From assembly GCA_029953675.1 (NCBI GenBank), contig JAMWBK010000004.1, positions 1,012,001 through 1,260,000 of the forward strand: a stretch of 248,000 bases of DNA, read 5' to 3'. The notes beneath the pieces are model-generated. The model made no database searches. It was given only the letters and a program-made list of their open reading frames with translations, and was not told the DNA's origin. Source of the DNA: Rhodosorus marinus CCMP1338 (Eukaryota > Plantae > Rhodophyta). The position numbers and the translations under genes were made by a program. Below are positions 11,311 to 24,892 of the stretch, one piece after another. Positions within the stretch are counted from its first letter, which is position 1; each line of letters starts with the position of its first letter.

Positions 11311-14300
11311 TTGCTAACAGCACAGAGGGATTTTCAACTGAAATATGGCGTAACAAATGCTCTCGGGTTGGTTTCGGTTGTCACCAACGTCTTCCGTTTC
11401 GTTGCGAGTGACTTCCCTTATAGAGTAGCACATGGGCGAGCTCTCACTCTCCCCAAGAGCAACAGAAACCGACGTTGCGGTAGCAAAGCGCTGGAGAACA
11501 ACTACGGCTCTCTAAATAGCTTTCTTGATCTCCTTCGAACTAAACATATGTCGAGAGACCGCGACAAGTTCGCGACAAGACTCTACTTTCAATACCACGC
11601 AGGGCGTCTTGAATCAATCAGTTAATTCGCATACTAACCAAACAAACGACCGTCAGGAGGGACGATTGACTGAATCCATTGAAAAACTATTTAATATTAA
11701 AATATGTATGGATATTGATAGAGTTGGATTTTTCTGAAATACGAAAAAAGACGGAATGGATTAGCTTGATTTTGTTTTCTCATCCACTGTCTTCAATTTG
11801 GTTTTACTGAAATGACTGAATGATTTTTTTAATCGGAGACTGAAAGGAAAACCCCGGGAAAGAAAAGACTACAAGCGGCGAAGATCGGGTGCCACCAACC
11901 TCAAAGCAGCGTTCACACGCCACAACAACAAATTTAAACGGGTAAACAACGAGGACAGGCTGTCAGGGAGTTCGCGGAACATTTCCCGAAGCCAACGAGA
12001 ACCAACGGGATGCATAAACCCAAAGCACTCGATGATCAGAGGTACCAGGCGATGAGCTAGAGCCGAAGCACGAATGCCTGGGAAATAAATAGCCGCTGCA
12101 TATTTGACCTGTTTCCGGCGTCCCACCTCATACTTGCGGCGGCAAATCCACGGCGCGCTCTCCCGCAGCCGGCGAATAACGACTAGCCTGAGGATTAGGA
12201 ACTGCAAGATCAACGTACAACGTACGTCGTACGGCAGCTATCGTCACAAGTTACCACGTGGTCAGACATCTTCGTTCGTCATCTTGGAAGTCTGCGACTG
12301 GCAGGCGTTTCTCACGTTCAATTTGAAGACATACGACTTGCGCTCTCAGAAAGAGCTTGGATGCCTAAATAGGCCAAAGGAGCTTGGGAGCTCATTTGGA
12401 TTTCATGCGCTAGGTTACTTCCCTTGTTTTCCTGCATTCCATCTACACTATAGGAACACAGGTAGTCTTTTCCCGAATAGACTGTATTCTCCGCACCATT
12501 TCTCCCGTAATCACGTGCCTCCTTCAGGAAAAGTTTGGTCTTCCCCTGCCCAACATTTAGATCCACGAAATCAATGGTCAGCGAGCCGATGACGACGTTG
12601 TAGCCATCGTAATCTCTATTTTATAATCGCCTGCATCTCGAGGAAAGATTAGCAGATAGTTGGAATTCGTTCCCCTCAAACGCTCGCTTCTGCAATCGCC
12701 CGGACACGGAGATTCTGGCTCACTATTTCCTTGATTGTACAAATTGACGAGAACTTGCCCTCTCTCACAAGTTTCCGACCTGTAGACCAGAGGCCGCAAT
12801 ATTACTCTCGCCGACGTCCCCAGAATGTTGATGACAACGGACTTGGTAGGAGCGCATTCAATATCCACCCTTGTCGTCGTCCCGACGTTTCCATTGACTT
12901 GGGACAACTGGTTCATCTCCAAGTGGAACACGTTATAGGCCGGGTGATTCGCCAGCAATTTCAGCTTGTTTCCGTCCTGTGTCGTCTCCCCTTGTGTTGA
13001 CAGCGAAACTGATCCCGTTCGTGTATCCATGCACCCCCCCCCACTGACTCTACAGTCCTGTTTACGCGGTTCATCATCAAGTCTGAGCAGCGACTCATCG
13101 TTGTACAGCCGCTCCGACAGCTCAACTGTTTGTGTCTGGAACCGACCCAAGTCTGCAGCAAGCCACGAATTCTCCGAGTTGACGATGCGTCCTGCATTCC
13201 TTTGCCTCAAATTCAGGTGCATCCCGTATGGAATTACTCTTCCATCTTCTGAAGTCGCATTCTCTGCCGTGGACTTCCCTCATCCTCACCCTGTCACCTG
13301 ATACCACACCACGTGGGAGTGGGCACCTGGCCGATGACCCGCTGATGGCTCCGAGAATGTTCACTAGATTTCTCGTCCTGCTGCCTTTTAACTACTAAGA
13401 GCGCAAAGATTTGATGCCCCCAACATCAAATCAGCTTTCATACGCCACAACAGGAAACTCAAACAGGTTAAGAACGAGGAGAGCCGGCCAGGGCGCTCGC
13501 GGAAAAAACGCCACAGTTTGTGGTTGCAAATAAATATTTGCAACCACAAACTGTGGCGCTAACGAAGACCAAGACAAATGGGGAATGTAAGGAGCTTCCT
13601 CAATGGGGTAGCAAACTAGACTCTAAGGGAAAACTATTGTTTGGAGACGAATCGCGTATCATCGCATTGGCAGCTGACGTTGCATTAGCGCACGAATCCA
13701 AATTACTTAATGACCAAAGGCACCAGCCGATGTACTAAAGCCGAAGCGCGAATTTCTGGGGTAGACAAACCCCCCTCGTATTTCACAGGTTGAGAGCGCC
13801 TATGGTGGCAGCATTGGCATCAAGGTGCTCCTCCGCCGCCGTCAGATAACGGTTATCCGGGGGTCTGGGTACAACAAGATCTACGTACGCCTTGCGACGA
13901 CCATGTTCGCAAGTGCAAGCGCAGTTATCAGATACTAACTACTCTGAGAGCACTAAAATACCAAAGACGCATGTAATGCGCTTCAAAGCCCATGGCGGCG
14001 TTCATGCGCCATAGCACGAAGCTCAGAGCCCTTTTCAGACCGGAGAGTGTATCCTGGCACTCACGGAGGCATTCTTTGAGCCAAACCACTCCCCTACCGT
14101 CCAGAAACCGAACGACTCAAATAGCAAACGGGACTAGACAATGCGCACCCTCCAGATTTCAGGTCTAGTCGACGACAACGTGCGGGACACGATGTGGCAG
14201 GCAGTGGTCTCCGGACGACTGACGGTATCCTCCAGCAACGGCAACTTGTGGTAGAGTATTCTCACGATATTGTTTCTCAGCTCCGCTCCACGTTTTCCCG

Positions 14301-14489
14301 CGGAAGACTCTCCGTGGGTCTCGTCTTTGACGCGGAGATGGAGGCGTCCCAACCAGCCTGCCAGGCTGGTTGGGACGTGTGAGGGTGAACAGTTGGTGGT
14401 TACCTCGGATGCGGTGCGAGAGGTGGCCCAGTCTGCCCTCCGAAGGGTCGTTCTCCTGGGCACTCGGGGTTGCGTGTGGAGTATCGAAC

Positions 14490-15120
14490 GAATGGTTTAA
14501 TCGGAGGCTGAAACAAAAAACCCCGAGGGGAAAAAAAGACTAAGTGCGGCGAAGAACTCGCGCCTCCAACATCAAAGCGGCATTCATGCGCCACAGCAGG
14601 AAACTTAAGCGGGTAAACAACGATTGAAGACGGTCAGGGCGTTCGCGGAACAACTCCCGAAGCCAGCGAGAACCAACAGAGTCCATGAACCCAAAGCACT
14701 CAATGATCACGGGTACCAAGCGATGTGCTAGTGCCGAAGCACGAACACCAGGGGAAGACAAAGCCCCTGCGTATTTGATCTCTTTGCGGCATCTCATACT
14801 GGCGGCGGCAGATCCACGGCGCTCCCCCGCAGCCGGGAGATAACGACTAGCTTGAGGATTAGGAACAGCAAGATCAACGTATGTGGTACGGGGGCTGTCG
14901 TCACAGGTGATCACCAGGTCGGCTACACGGCGTTCATCATTTTGAAAGTCCGCGACGGGTAAAGTTTTCTCACGTTCGATTTCCAGACGGGCTTGCCGGA
15001 CTATAGGCCGAAGTTCCCGGTATAACAGGTTCAAGATCCGTGTATGGCGGCGGGTTCGGGCACCTTTCACCGCCAGTATCACCGCCTTTTGGATGAGGAC
15101 AGTATGAAAGCGACAACGCA
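14490..15120 (-). mobile_element. CRE-like family A 3' fragment
   Basis: RTRRHTRIL, RRVADLVITCDD, TYVDLAVPNP, LVPVIIECFG; 3' tail cctccgattaaaccattcgttc. Confidence 0.9.
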
Positions 15121-16117
15121 GTGCTGGAGGGATCGTCAATGGCGATCCTTTTTGTGATCGCATATGCTTTTTACTGGGGCGAACGCAGCTATATTTTGCT
15201 CTCCAAGTCGAGTCATACTGCTTCGATTCCTACCATTCGCCCTATTGGCATGGTGGAAATGGTCCGGAAACTGGCCGCCAGTTGGCCGGTCAAGGTTTTG
15301 TTCCCCAAAATCCTGCTGTTTCTTTAGACACACGCAGTTGAGCGTGGGTTATCGCGGTGGTTGCTAGCTGTTGTTACCCCTTTCTTGCTCGGAAATGACC
15401 TACTTCCCGGATTACAGGTAATTATACCTAGACTTCGGGAAGGAATTTAATCGTCTCTCCTGCCGGCCATCATGCATGTGGTACATCAGGTCCCTGTAGC
15501 TTTTCCATTTTTTTGTCGTGTGTACTCTTTGCTGGGCCATGGGCCGATCTATGAAATCCATGGCCCCTCCTCGCACTCCTTTGGGCGCGGGCTGGGGTTC
15601 AACAGGGTGACCGCTTGCCCCGCTCTTGCACGCCCGTCGAAATCAGGTCGTTTTGCTAGCCTGCATTCCGAGTTCCGCACAGTGAGATTTGCCACGATGT
15701 CTGCCTCCTGCTCCCCCCTTCCCCCCGGATGCTCTCACGGCGGCGTACGATCGTCTTCTCACAATGACACTACCGAACATTCCGGACTAGTTCGGAGACT
15801 GGCAAAAACCACCACCACCAGGTATGGGCAGGCCACAAAAGGTACACAAGCGGTAAGAAGGTACCCCGTAGCCTTTATCCCAGAGTAACGTAACCCCAGT
15901 ATACCAGTCATCATCCAATCCTTTCTGCCCTCAAGTGAGATGACCAGTGGAAACCGCTTTGCGCAGATCTAAGTTATCATAGCGATCCTTAGTCTCCGAC
16001 TCTGGTTTGATCCCATATGAAAGGGCTGAGGAGGGAGCACAGGCTCGTCCGTTGTTTGACCGGAAAACAAAAAAAAATTAATATTTATATGTCCATAGAT
16101 GACCTTCGGTTGCTATC

Positions 16118-17005
16118 CTACACGTCATATTCACTGCGGAGGTCTGAGTGCTCCGGGTACTCATTAGGATCTTCGACTATTATATCGGAGCTGACATAGG
16201 AGCGCTCTTGCTCTAGACCTTCGACTATTTTATCGAAACTGACATAAGAGCGCTCTTGCTCTAGATCGTCTTTCACCGGTTGCTTTCTGAACATTGCCAT
16301 GACCCTGAGGACGAAGACGGCGGTCACAGTGACGAGGTCGAATATCACTAGAGCGAAGAAGAATGGACTCAGCTTATCGACGAAGTCGAGGAACTGGCAC
16401 ATAGACGATGCTTCGCCGAATGATGCCGCACAATCGTTGGCGATTGATGCACAGATGAATGCTGCGAGCTCAAGTCCTCCTACGAGAAACAGAGGAACCT
16501 CAACCAGAGAATCGAAGAAGAGCACGAATCTTAGGGTCCACTCGAAGACGTTGTCCGCCCGCCAAAACCTACAAGGTTCGTTGAAGAAAGGTTTTCCGTC
16601 GAGGATTGTCATCCCTCGAAGGGACGATCGGTAGATATCAAACCGGCCACAACAGAAACACAGTGAAATAGCCACGCACGTCGCGGCGATTAGGTAGATC
16701 AGTGGCCAGGAGAAGAAGGCAATTATCGTCAGGTGAAGGGCGCTAATGACCATGCTCACACACGGATACTCGCAAGGAGAATCCGTGATGTTCAAGTGCT
16801 GATCGAAACCATCTCCACAATTCTCCACATCAACACAAATGTCCTCGGAATTGCCGGTCGCTTGATACACGATGGGGTAAACAATCGAGGTCGGCGGAAC
16901 GTTGTAATTGAAAAACAAGTAGATGCTCGTACAAAGCATAAACAGGTTGATCAAAAGATACATACACATCAAACACAGAGTCTTCACCCTCGACATTTTC
17001 GACAT
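16118..17005 (-). CDS. Multi-pass membrane protein of unknown function
   Basis: Intronless ORF with about 4 hydrophobic segments, Cys-rich loops and a duplicated C-terminal LEQERSYVS motif. Confidence 0.65.
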   Translation of the reverse strand: MSKMSRVKTLCLMCMYLLINLFMLCTSIYLFFNYNVPPTSIVYPIVYQATGNSEDICVDVENCGDGFDQHLNITDSPCEYPCVSMVISALHLTIIAFFSWPLIYLIAATCVAISLCFCCGRFDIYRSSLRGMTILDGKPFFNEPCRFWRADNVFEWTLRFVLFFDSLVEVPLFLVGGLELAAFICASIANDCAASFGEASSMCQFLDFVDKLSPFFFALVIFDLVTVTAVFVLRVMAMFRKQPVKDDLEQERSYVSFDKIVEGLEQERSYVSSDIIVEDPNEYPEHSDLRSEYDV

Positions 17006-18649
17006 TTTCCCACCCCCGAAAAACAACAACCTTCAACACCCCCTCACGAGTTCTCATCTAACCATGCGTCACTGCAAGCTCGACTTCCAGAGTTCACTCG
17101 CCAGTCCCAGTCTACATATACAAACGAGTCGAGTCGAAGTATTGGTTCAATCCCAGCTGTCGATCACCTTGTACAGCCGCCACCTTGAGAAACGTTTTCC
17201 CAACTAGGCGTCATGTGTTGGTGCTGCGAGAGGTCTCCATTGGAGAAAAAAATGGATCAGGATCCTGCACAGGGGCCAATCAACGACGCTACTCATGTTG
17301 TCAGCACAAGTCGACTAACTGAAAGCAGAGAAGAGTTGTCAGTCTCCTCGCAGCAAAGGTTGGGGCAATCAATCCAAAAAAAAGCAAACCACACCAAAAA
17401 GTATAGTATAGTGACAACCCAGCTGCGGCCATAGATAAGCTATTTTTGTCCCTGCCTTACTGCTAATTCTACCGGCTTCGACTTTTCACGACAGTTAAAG
17501 GTAGAATTGAGCCAACCAAATGGGGCCTTCCCGACATGTTGGTATATTTATGGATTATAGTCCTAAGTTTAGACATTCCCAACGGCCTATTACGTTTAAA
17601 TATATCTGAAATCCAATATATCAGGAGTGTTATTTGTTAATTATGGATTCAAGATATGTTTGGGAGAGCAGGATCTTACGATTCTAGCAGCAGAAGAATA
17701 TTCCGCATTCTAATTATTTTCGAGCACATTTTACAATTTCGGCTTTCTGGAGAGTTAATGAATTCGAGCTGACGATTGCCATCTTTTCTAGCTGAATTTA
17801 TTCCGAAAACTACGAACGGAATGGATGAATTTTAGCGTATCTAATCAACAAATTCATTCTCCTCCAATAGAGAGCACCCGAATTAGCGGATTGGGTTCTA
17901 CTAAATAATGAAAAACCATACGATAGCGCGGAAATCCAGAGCGGGAAATTGAGTTGGATTCGGCATGAAAGGATGCCAATATTTTTGTTGAAACTACATT
18001 TTTGTGGAAGTAAGAATTTGAGCCATTTCCTTTTTTGCCCTGAGAAACCGTTGTATCTAGAGCCAACCGCCACATGAGATACTCATCAATCATTTAGGAA
18101 ACCTCGTTATTGAGCTGGTTTTGGGTTGTAAATGAGCGTGTTTGAACGTTGTGTTCCTTCGGGAATGAATTTGCGCGAATATGGTTCTCAAATAAGCAAA
18201 ACCAAGTGTTACCGAGGGAAGCTTGATATTGGAAATAATGTCAAAACTTCGGTAGAGTCATTTGGAGTCTCACCATCTCGGTATCGACCTCTCCATTACG
18301 GCGGAGTTGCGATCGATCTTCTTGCTCTGGATGAATGAATCAGAGTTACGGTGTCTTACTCTCCGTGATTTGGATGAAGCACCGTCCCAGCCAGAGCCGA
18401 GGTTGTGTGGACGAGGGTAGATTAAGTTCAATATGTGCTTATAAGTAAAATCCATTAGCGAACCAAATCACCTCGTAAAACTTGATAGTAGAAATAGTAC
18501 TCTGCGTGAAAGCTTCCTCTACCCGATTTGGATACCGACGTGAAGAGGGTAGCGCATCTTTACTGTACCCTCGTCACCACCGACCGGCCAAGGGGGCGGC
18601 ATTCACCGTCGAGGGATGCCACGCAAAAAAATGCGAGTTTAGAAAAACA

Positions 18650-18790
18650 GTAAAAAAATGGAAAAAGTGGAAAAAGAGTAAAAAATGGAAAAAGAGTAAA
18701 AAAGTGGAAATTGTGGAAAATGTGGAAAGGGTGGAAAAGGTGGAAAAAGTGAAAAACACGGCAGAAGTGGAAAAAGTGGAAAAAGTGTAA
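18650..18790 (+). repeat. A-rich 9-10 bp microsatellite (AAAAGTGGA/AAAAGTGTA)
   Basis: Seen directly; related array with a similar upstream flank at 144.68-145.01 kb. Confidence 0.85.
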
Positions 18791-19539
18791 AATAGGGGTG
18801 TGTGCCAAGTGGGTCGGGTTTTTCGCTGTTTACGTCCCAGAAGTGGTTAAACCCGGGGAAAGGGTCAATAGGCGATTCCAGAACGCCTTAACGTAGGTGG
18901 CAGAGAAATTTTCATGACTATAGCGGGTTTTTAGTGGGAAAAGGGAAATCCACCTGGTTTTTTAGGGTTAAAGTTTTTTTTTAATTTTTGGGCACTTTAA
19001 CGGGAGCGCGGAGATGGTGAAGCAGAGGACAAGGGACCTACAGGGTATATGAGTAGAAGAGCTACTTGAGCTCGACTCGGCCTTTTTGAGCATTCCCAGA
19101 TTGGATAATTAAGTTTCTTGAAGGAAGTGGGATCATCGTTCTTTTCACAAGAGCATTGGAAGGCCGAGGGATAGTCATGAAATAGATGCGGAGGCAATAA
19201 GTCCTAGCTTGCGAACATCAAGTCTTTGTAGGGACTTTTTCCAAGTTTTTGGAGTTCGTTTCTTTGGCTAGAAGTTATTTATCATCAGTTTATTCAATAA
19301 AGGAATAACTCCTCAGCTTCTGTGTTTCAAGTTGCACAGGCTTCGGATGCCTTTCTAGGAAGTATCTGAAATGAAGAGTTCATCAACGTCTTCATATTTC
19401 GGAAGAAGCTTTCCGGTCCTTTCTCCTCGCCATCTGTATCTTAGTAGCTCTGCTAGACTACGTGAACGGAACGTTCATTCTACTCTTTGAACTCGTGCAT
19501 GCTAGCAGCGTCCAGCGGGTAGAAAGCAACTACGCGATC

Positions 19540-20150
19540 TCCAGGGTTGAATAAAACCTCCCTCACCGTCAACTCCTCATGCAGTTCCTTCAGATCTTCC
19601 GCAAGATCTGTCGTCACCGGTTCTGCCTCCTGTCAAGACCTCAGGTTGTTGTCGATTCCGAAACACCTAACATTGCATGAAAGTGGGAACAAATCAATGC
19701 CGAATGCACTGCTGAATTGTATCGAAAACAAACCAAAACGGCTTGATCATATAGAGTACTGTTGAACTTCTCAGCCGCTCCGTTGGTCTGAAGATGAAAA
19801 GCACTTGTCAGGAGCCTTCTTCTGCCCATCTTTCTGCAGATATCTTGCAGGGCATTTGAGAAGAAACTCGTTCCCGAGCGCTCCGAGGGACCAAAAAGTA
19901 GAAACCATCGCTCCGTGATGATCTTCGATAGCACCTCCGTCCCCGCTCGAATCGGTATAACTACCTCGAATCTCGTCAGAAAATCCGTATCGACCAAGAC
20001 CTTACAATGAACATTGACGACTTTTGGCGATACCTCTACTACATCAGCTGCCACGATCTCAAACCGCCCTGTCCGAGTGCTTCCCCATCCTGTCAAAGGA
20101 CCGCGTTTTCAAAGGCCCAAGCTTCCCCCACTGTTCCAAACCTTTGAAAA
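19540..20150 (-). mobile_element. Ty3/Gypsy integrase remnant
   Basis: VDTDFLTRF, FLLFGP, TSAFHLQTNGAAEKFNSTL. Confidence 0.75.
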
Positions 20151-20655
20151 CAGGTGCATTTTTCCGTTGCCCACTAAGAATCCACGATATTCAGGGCGGT
20201 AGAGCACGAGCAACAGTGGGGGAAGCTTGACCGATTGGAAAACGGTCCGTTGACAGGTTGGGCAGCAGTTCTGTGGAGGTAGTGAAACAGAGGACAATGG
20301 ATCCACAGGGTATGCGAAGAGCAACTTGAGCTCGACTCGGTCTTGGGAGAATTCGCCAGTTTGCAGGTGATTAAATGAATCCTGGACGCGACTAGCGGGA
20401 GCACCAGTTCTCAAACATACCACCTCACCTCTGGGTCTTCAAAAAACAGCCGAAAAACGGTGGTTTTACTATTAGCAGAAACGGTAGGTTATGTTAGGCC
20501 ATAATCCTTGCGAGCTTATCGCCGAGCTCTTCTGCTTGTTTCCTTTCTCCATGGGCGGACAAAAGTCAGTTGTGTAAACTCCCTCGCGTTTTCCGCTTTA
20601 GCGAAACGACGCTTGAAGGCGCGAACTCTGGCGCTGAAGCAGATCTCCCGCTGGA

Positions 20656-20847
20656 TCAGTGAGTGTCACCTGCCATCATGTACCGATTGCGCTTCTCCAG
20701 GCACTTGAGGCGTTCCATTTTGTTGCTTACCGGTAGGCCGCAATGCTTGCAAATCAGCTTAGCCCCAACATTGTCGTGGTTGCGGATTTTGCAACGTTTT
20801 GGTATCCTGAAGTTGCAACCCAGTTCATAGTCCTTTTTCCTCGTCAT
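20656..20847 (-). mobile_element. BED-type zinc-finger remnant, probable hAT transposase N-terminus
   Basis: AKLICKHCG...MERLKCL resembles a BED finger; near TIR-bearing repeats. Confidence 0.4.
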
Positions 20848-20859
20848 CTGTATCGCAGT

Positions 20860-21810
20860 AGTTCAGCGCGCTGGGAGCCGAGCTCAAGCACGCACGGATG
20901 CGCTGCAAAATATCCTTTCTTGGGACTTGCACCGTGCTGCATATGGCCGACTCCTCGCGCAGATGGTCTCATCTTCTCGCGCTCGCGCCCGCCTACGTAG
21001 TCTTGGAGGGGTTCTTAGCTCTCAGTGGCTCATGACCGTACCAGCCTTTCCGCCACTCACACTGTCGGATTTCGAAGTGCGTACTTCACTGCGCTTATAC
21101 CTCGGCTTACAGCAGCCCCCTTGGCCGTACGAGATGGGTTCGTCGTGCCCTCTCTGCTCTCAGACTGAAGACAACGCAGATTTTGGCGCCCACCTGCTCG
21201 CTAGTTGCCCGGCGGTGAAAGGTGCTCGAACCCGCCGCCACACACGGATCTTGAACCTGTTATACCGGGAACTTCGGCCTATAGTCCAGCAAGCCGGTCT
21301 GGAAATCGAACGTGAGAAACCTTTACCCGTCGCGGACTTTCAAAATGATGAACGCCGTGTAGCCGACCTGGTGATAACCTGTGACGACAGCCGCCGTACC
21401 ACATACGTTGATCTTGCTGTTCCCAACCCTCAAGCTAGTCGTTATCTCCCGGCTGCAGGGGAGCGCCGTGGATCTGCCGCCGCCAGCATGAGACGCCGCA
21501 AAGAGATCAAATACGCGGGGGCTTTGTCTTCCCCTGGTGTTCGTGCTTCGGCACTAGCACATCGCTTGGTACCCCTGATCATTGAGTGCTTTGGGTTCAT
21601 GGACTCTGTTGGTAGTCGCTGGCTTCGGGAGTTGTTCCGCGAACGCCCTGACCGTCTTCAATCGTTGTTTACCCGCTTAAGTTTCCTGCTGTGGCGCATG
21701 AATGCCGCTTTGATGTTGGAGGCGCGAGTACTTCGCCGCGCTTAGTCTTTTTTTCCCCTCGGGGTTTTTTTTTTTTTCAGCCTCCGATTAAACCATTCAT
21801 TCATTCAGTT
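20860..21810 (+). mobile_element. CRE-like family A 3' fragment
   Basis: ORF 20927-21745 with CPLC..HLLASC zinc motif and RLE; tail ttaaaccattcattcattc. Confidence 0.9.
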
Positions 21811-22195
21811 CTGCTACTCTGTGTGAACGGAGCAAATAGTCTACTCTTTGACCTCGGGCATGCTAACAGCAGATTATGTCAACCCATAGCCATCCGTCCG
21901 CGTTCCCATTTTCCATCGCTTTCCGCCACTCCAGAATATATTGAAACAAGCAAGAAACATATGTGCAAGCTGTATGACCAATAGAAGAGGCTTCGGGTTC
22001 ACGTTCACCATTCATAATCCTTTAAGAAAACCAAGTCCTTATCATTGGTAACCATAGCTCTAATTAAAGTATAAAAACACACCAGATTTAAAATACTACT
22101 TTATACAATTTAATTGTTTTCCATTTACGCAATAAATTACTGTAATTACAAGGTGCGTGAGCCAATCATTAAATTGCCCACCAACTCAAGGCTGG

Positions 22196-22380
22196 CCTTA
22201 CCCAAACTGGGCTTACCCAAACTGGGCTTTACCCAAACTGGGCTTACCCAAACTGGACTTACCCAAACTGGGCTTACCCACACTGGGCTTACCCGCACTG
22301 ATGGGCTGGACTTTACTGATGGGCTGGACTTTACTGATGGGCTGGACTTTACTGATGGGCTTACCCAAACTGGGCTTTAT
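22196..22380 (+). repeat. Compound minisatellite: 15-bp TTACCCAAACTGGGC units and 18-bp ACTGATGGGCTGGACTTT units
   Basis: Seen directly. Confidence 0.9.
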
Positions 22381-24585
22381 TTTCCCAGGCAGAGTCGATT
22401 CCGTGCAACGAACAAGGGTGGATAATTCGTTTTGATGGGGTGGGCATTATTTTAACGGGTAATTCCACTTCCCCGCTCCGGAAAAGTTTTATATTCTACC
22501 ATTGTGGAAAAGTGCCAAGAGTAAACGGCACACAAATATTCCCTGCCCCCGGGGGGGGTGGGAGGTGGCAATTCACTTCCTGGACAACCGGAGGCGCAGG
22601 ATAGTCGCCCCAAATAGTCTTTTTTCCTTCAGGGTTTATTCTTTCGGGGGGGGGGAGACTAAAATCTACAACAGAAGCCACATTCAATCACATGGGACAT
22701 CTTCTCAGGAACGACGGTATGCTGAGAGCATGGCCAGTTTCCCCTCTGCAGGGGGGCGTGCTCTCACAGGTTCCAGCCTTTCATTGTGGAAAGTTTTAGG
22801 CACATCTGGAAAAGTCCAGCTTGGAGTGGCTGCGGAAATGTTTTACTGACCATCCTGTTGAATATCTGTTTCTCTTATCCGGTTAAGTGTCGCTCTCTGG
22901 CGATATTCTATCAGAGTGTTCGCCGAGGTGCGCCATCGCCGCCTGGCTTTGCACTTTAGCTCCCTAGTTTCTAGTTCCCTTTCCCTCCCTGCGTAGTGCT
23001 TTAGGCTATCCTACTAAACCACGAAACATCTTCTTCAATCAGGAAACCGCAACCCCACCCCCCGCGCCCCCTCCCCTTTCTCGTTGCTCAATACGAAACC
23101 TCCATGACCTTGAAGAGATGCAGAACGCTTGGACAGAGTAAAACAAACCCTTTCACGCACTGCGTAGCGCTTCAGGCTATACTAGTAAATCCATCCAACA
23201 TTTTCTTCAATCAGGAAAGCCCACCCTACTTACCCCCACGCACAATCTCCCTCTTTCTCGTTGCTTGCAAGAAACCTCGATCACCTGGAAGGGGTGCAAA
23301 ACACTTGGAAGCAACCAAAAGGAAAAATAGGTAAGAACATAATATATTTCTGGCATTCTCCACGAACGTTTAGAATAGTTCAGTTTGTTGACTGAATGAA
23401 TATGTGTATATTCGAGTGGTGAACCACCAATTCTGTTGGTTCATATTGCCAAATTCGCGACCTCCTGACAAAAAGGACCTTGTACGGATTTTGCATCTTT
23501 AGGTTGAATGTTGAACAAAATATGTCCATTTATTGTTCTAAAAAATCAACCTGAATTGTTTTTGTAAATTGATCATGTATATACACCCGTACCAAAACCT
23601 GAAAAATATAAAAATATATTCTGTACAGTTGAGATGTCGATCACCGAACTTCCACAATTATATTCGTTTACGAAAAACCCTTAATGAAGGCTACGACAAT
23701 AACGTATAGTCTATATTATGGTTGTTTTTATCTAAGAAAGCTCCTATTCAATAGAAGATATATATCCCCATGTCTATCCATTTACATAATTTAATTGTAA
23801 AAATGCTTTGATTCTCCTGAAACCAGCTCTTCCCTTTTTGCTGTGCTCTACACAAGACAACCCAAAAAAAAAATCTCTAACATGCTTATGGTCTCGAAAA
23901 ACCATCGCCTCACCCCACCCCAAGGGCCCGTACCCACCAAGGGGGGGTGTGGGGTTGAGCTCTGCTTGAGACTTCCTAGGAGAGATCAAAGATGTTCTCC
24001 AGTCCGGGAACCCCCTGACCGTCTGTCCACGTCGTTTACCCGTTAAAGTTTCTCACTGTGGCGTATGAACGCTGTTTTGATGTTGGGGGTTGGTGATCTT
24101 CGCCCCGCTTGGTCTTTTTTTTTTCCCCCGAGGGTTTTTTGTTCCTTCAGCCCCCGATTAAACAGTTTCATTCGCGACAAGTATTAAATAGATAAATAGA
24201 TATAACTGAACCGTTTAAGGGAGGGTGGTGAAATCTTGTCTTTCGGAGATTGATGATCTATATTTAGGCTGATCTCTTCTTGTTTTTGAGCTGACCAGTG
24301 CAGTTCAATATTTCAAGGCGATTAGTTCATAAAAAAAAAATTTCTAGGCTAATAAGGCACCAGATAACGAGCTAGATGTAAGTACTTACAAACCAATCCT
24401 CGAGGTAAGGGATGGGTCCATTAACAGGATCTTCGACTGAGAATCGGGACAAGGACACGGCTACGACGACAAGGACTGGGTCAATGCCCGGGGCTCCTAG
24501 TTCCCTGACGGTTATGGATAGTTTCTGGAGATTTGTGAGAAAATTTTTGTCGCGGGATGGTTGGGGGCTCCTCCCCCCTGGCAGT

Positions 24586-24670
24586 ATCGCGCATGACGAA
24601 CTCTTTTGACTCGATCGCGCATGACGAACTCTTTTGACTCGATCGCGCATGACGAACTCTTTCGACCCGA
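24586..24670 (+). repeat. 28-bp tandem repeat x3 upstream of the sulfatase
   Basis: atcgcgcatgacgaactcttttgactcg repeated three times. Confidence 0.9.
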
Positions 24671-24892
24671 TAGCGCAAACGTGTAAAACAATTATGAACA
24701 ATGTTGCGTCTTTTCGACGAGAGATGGGTTGCCATCTTCGCTTCCGGGAGGATGCAGATTTGCTAGGGACAGCGCGCTGGATATTCGTTTTAGTTGCGAG
24801 GTTGGGGAGTTTTTGAAGTCGCGAGTTTGATTAGGTGAGGAGGAAGGGTGACGGTTGTTTGATCGCGGTTAGCGTGCTGTTTTTTTTCTTCC

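Noticed and set aside
12318-13364. Possible Tc1/DDE transposase remnant (LYNDES motif)
   Set aside because: Only one weak motif; other catalytic motifs not recognisable.
18482-18808. K/E/V-rich and F/H-rich ORFs
   Set aside because: Translations of the A-rich microsatellite; the same applies to 144536-145069.
22114-22435. Repetitive ORFs (TQTGL / LPKLG)
   Set aside because: Translations of the 15/18-bp minisatellite.
24586-24670. 28-bp direct repeats as a CRISPR array
   Set aside because: Repeats are contiguous with no spacers.
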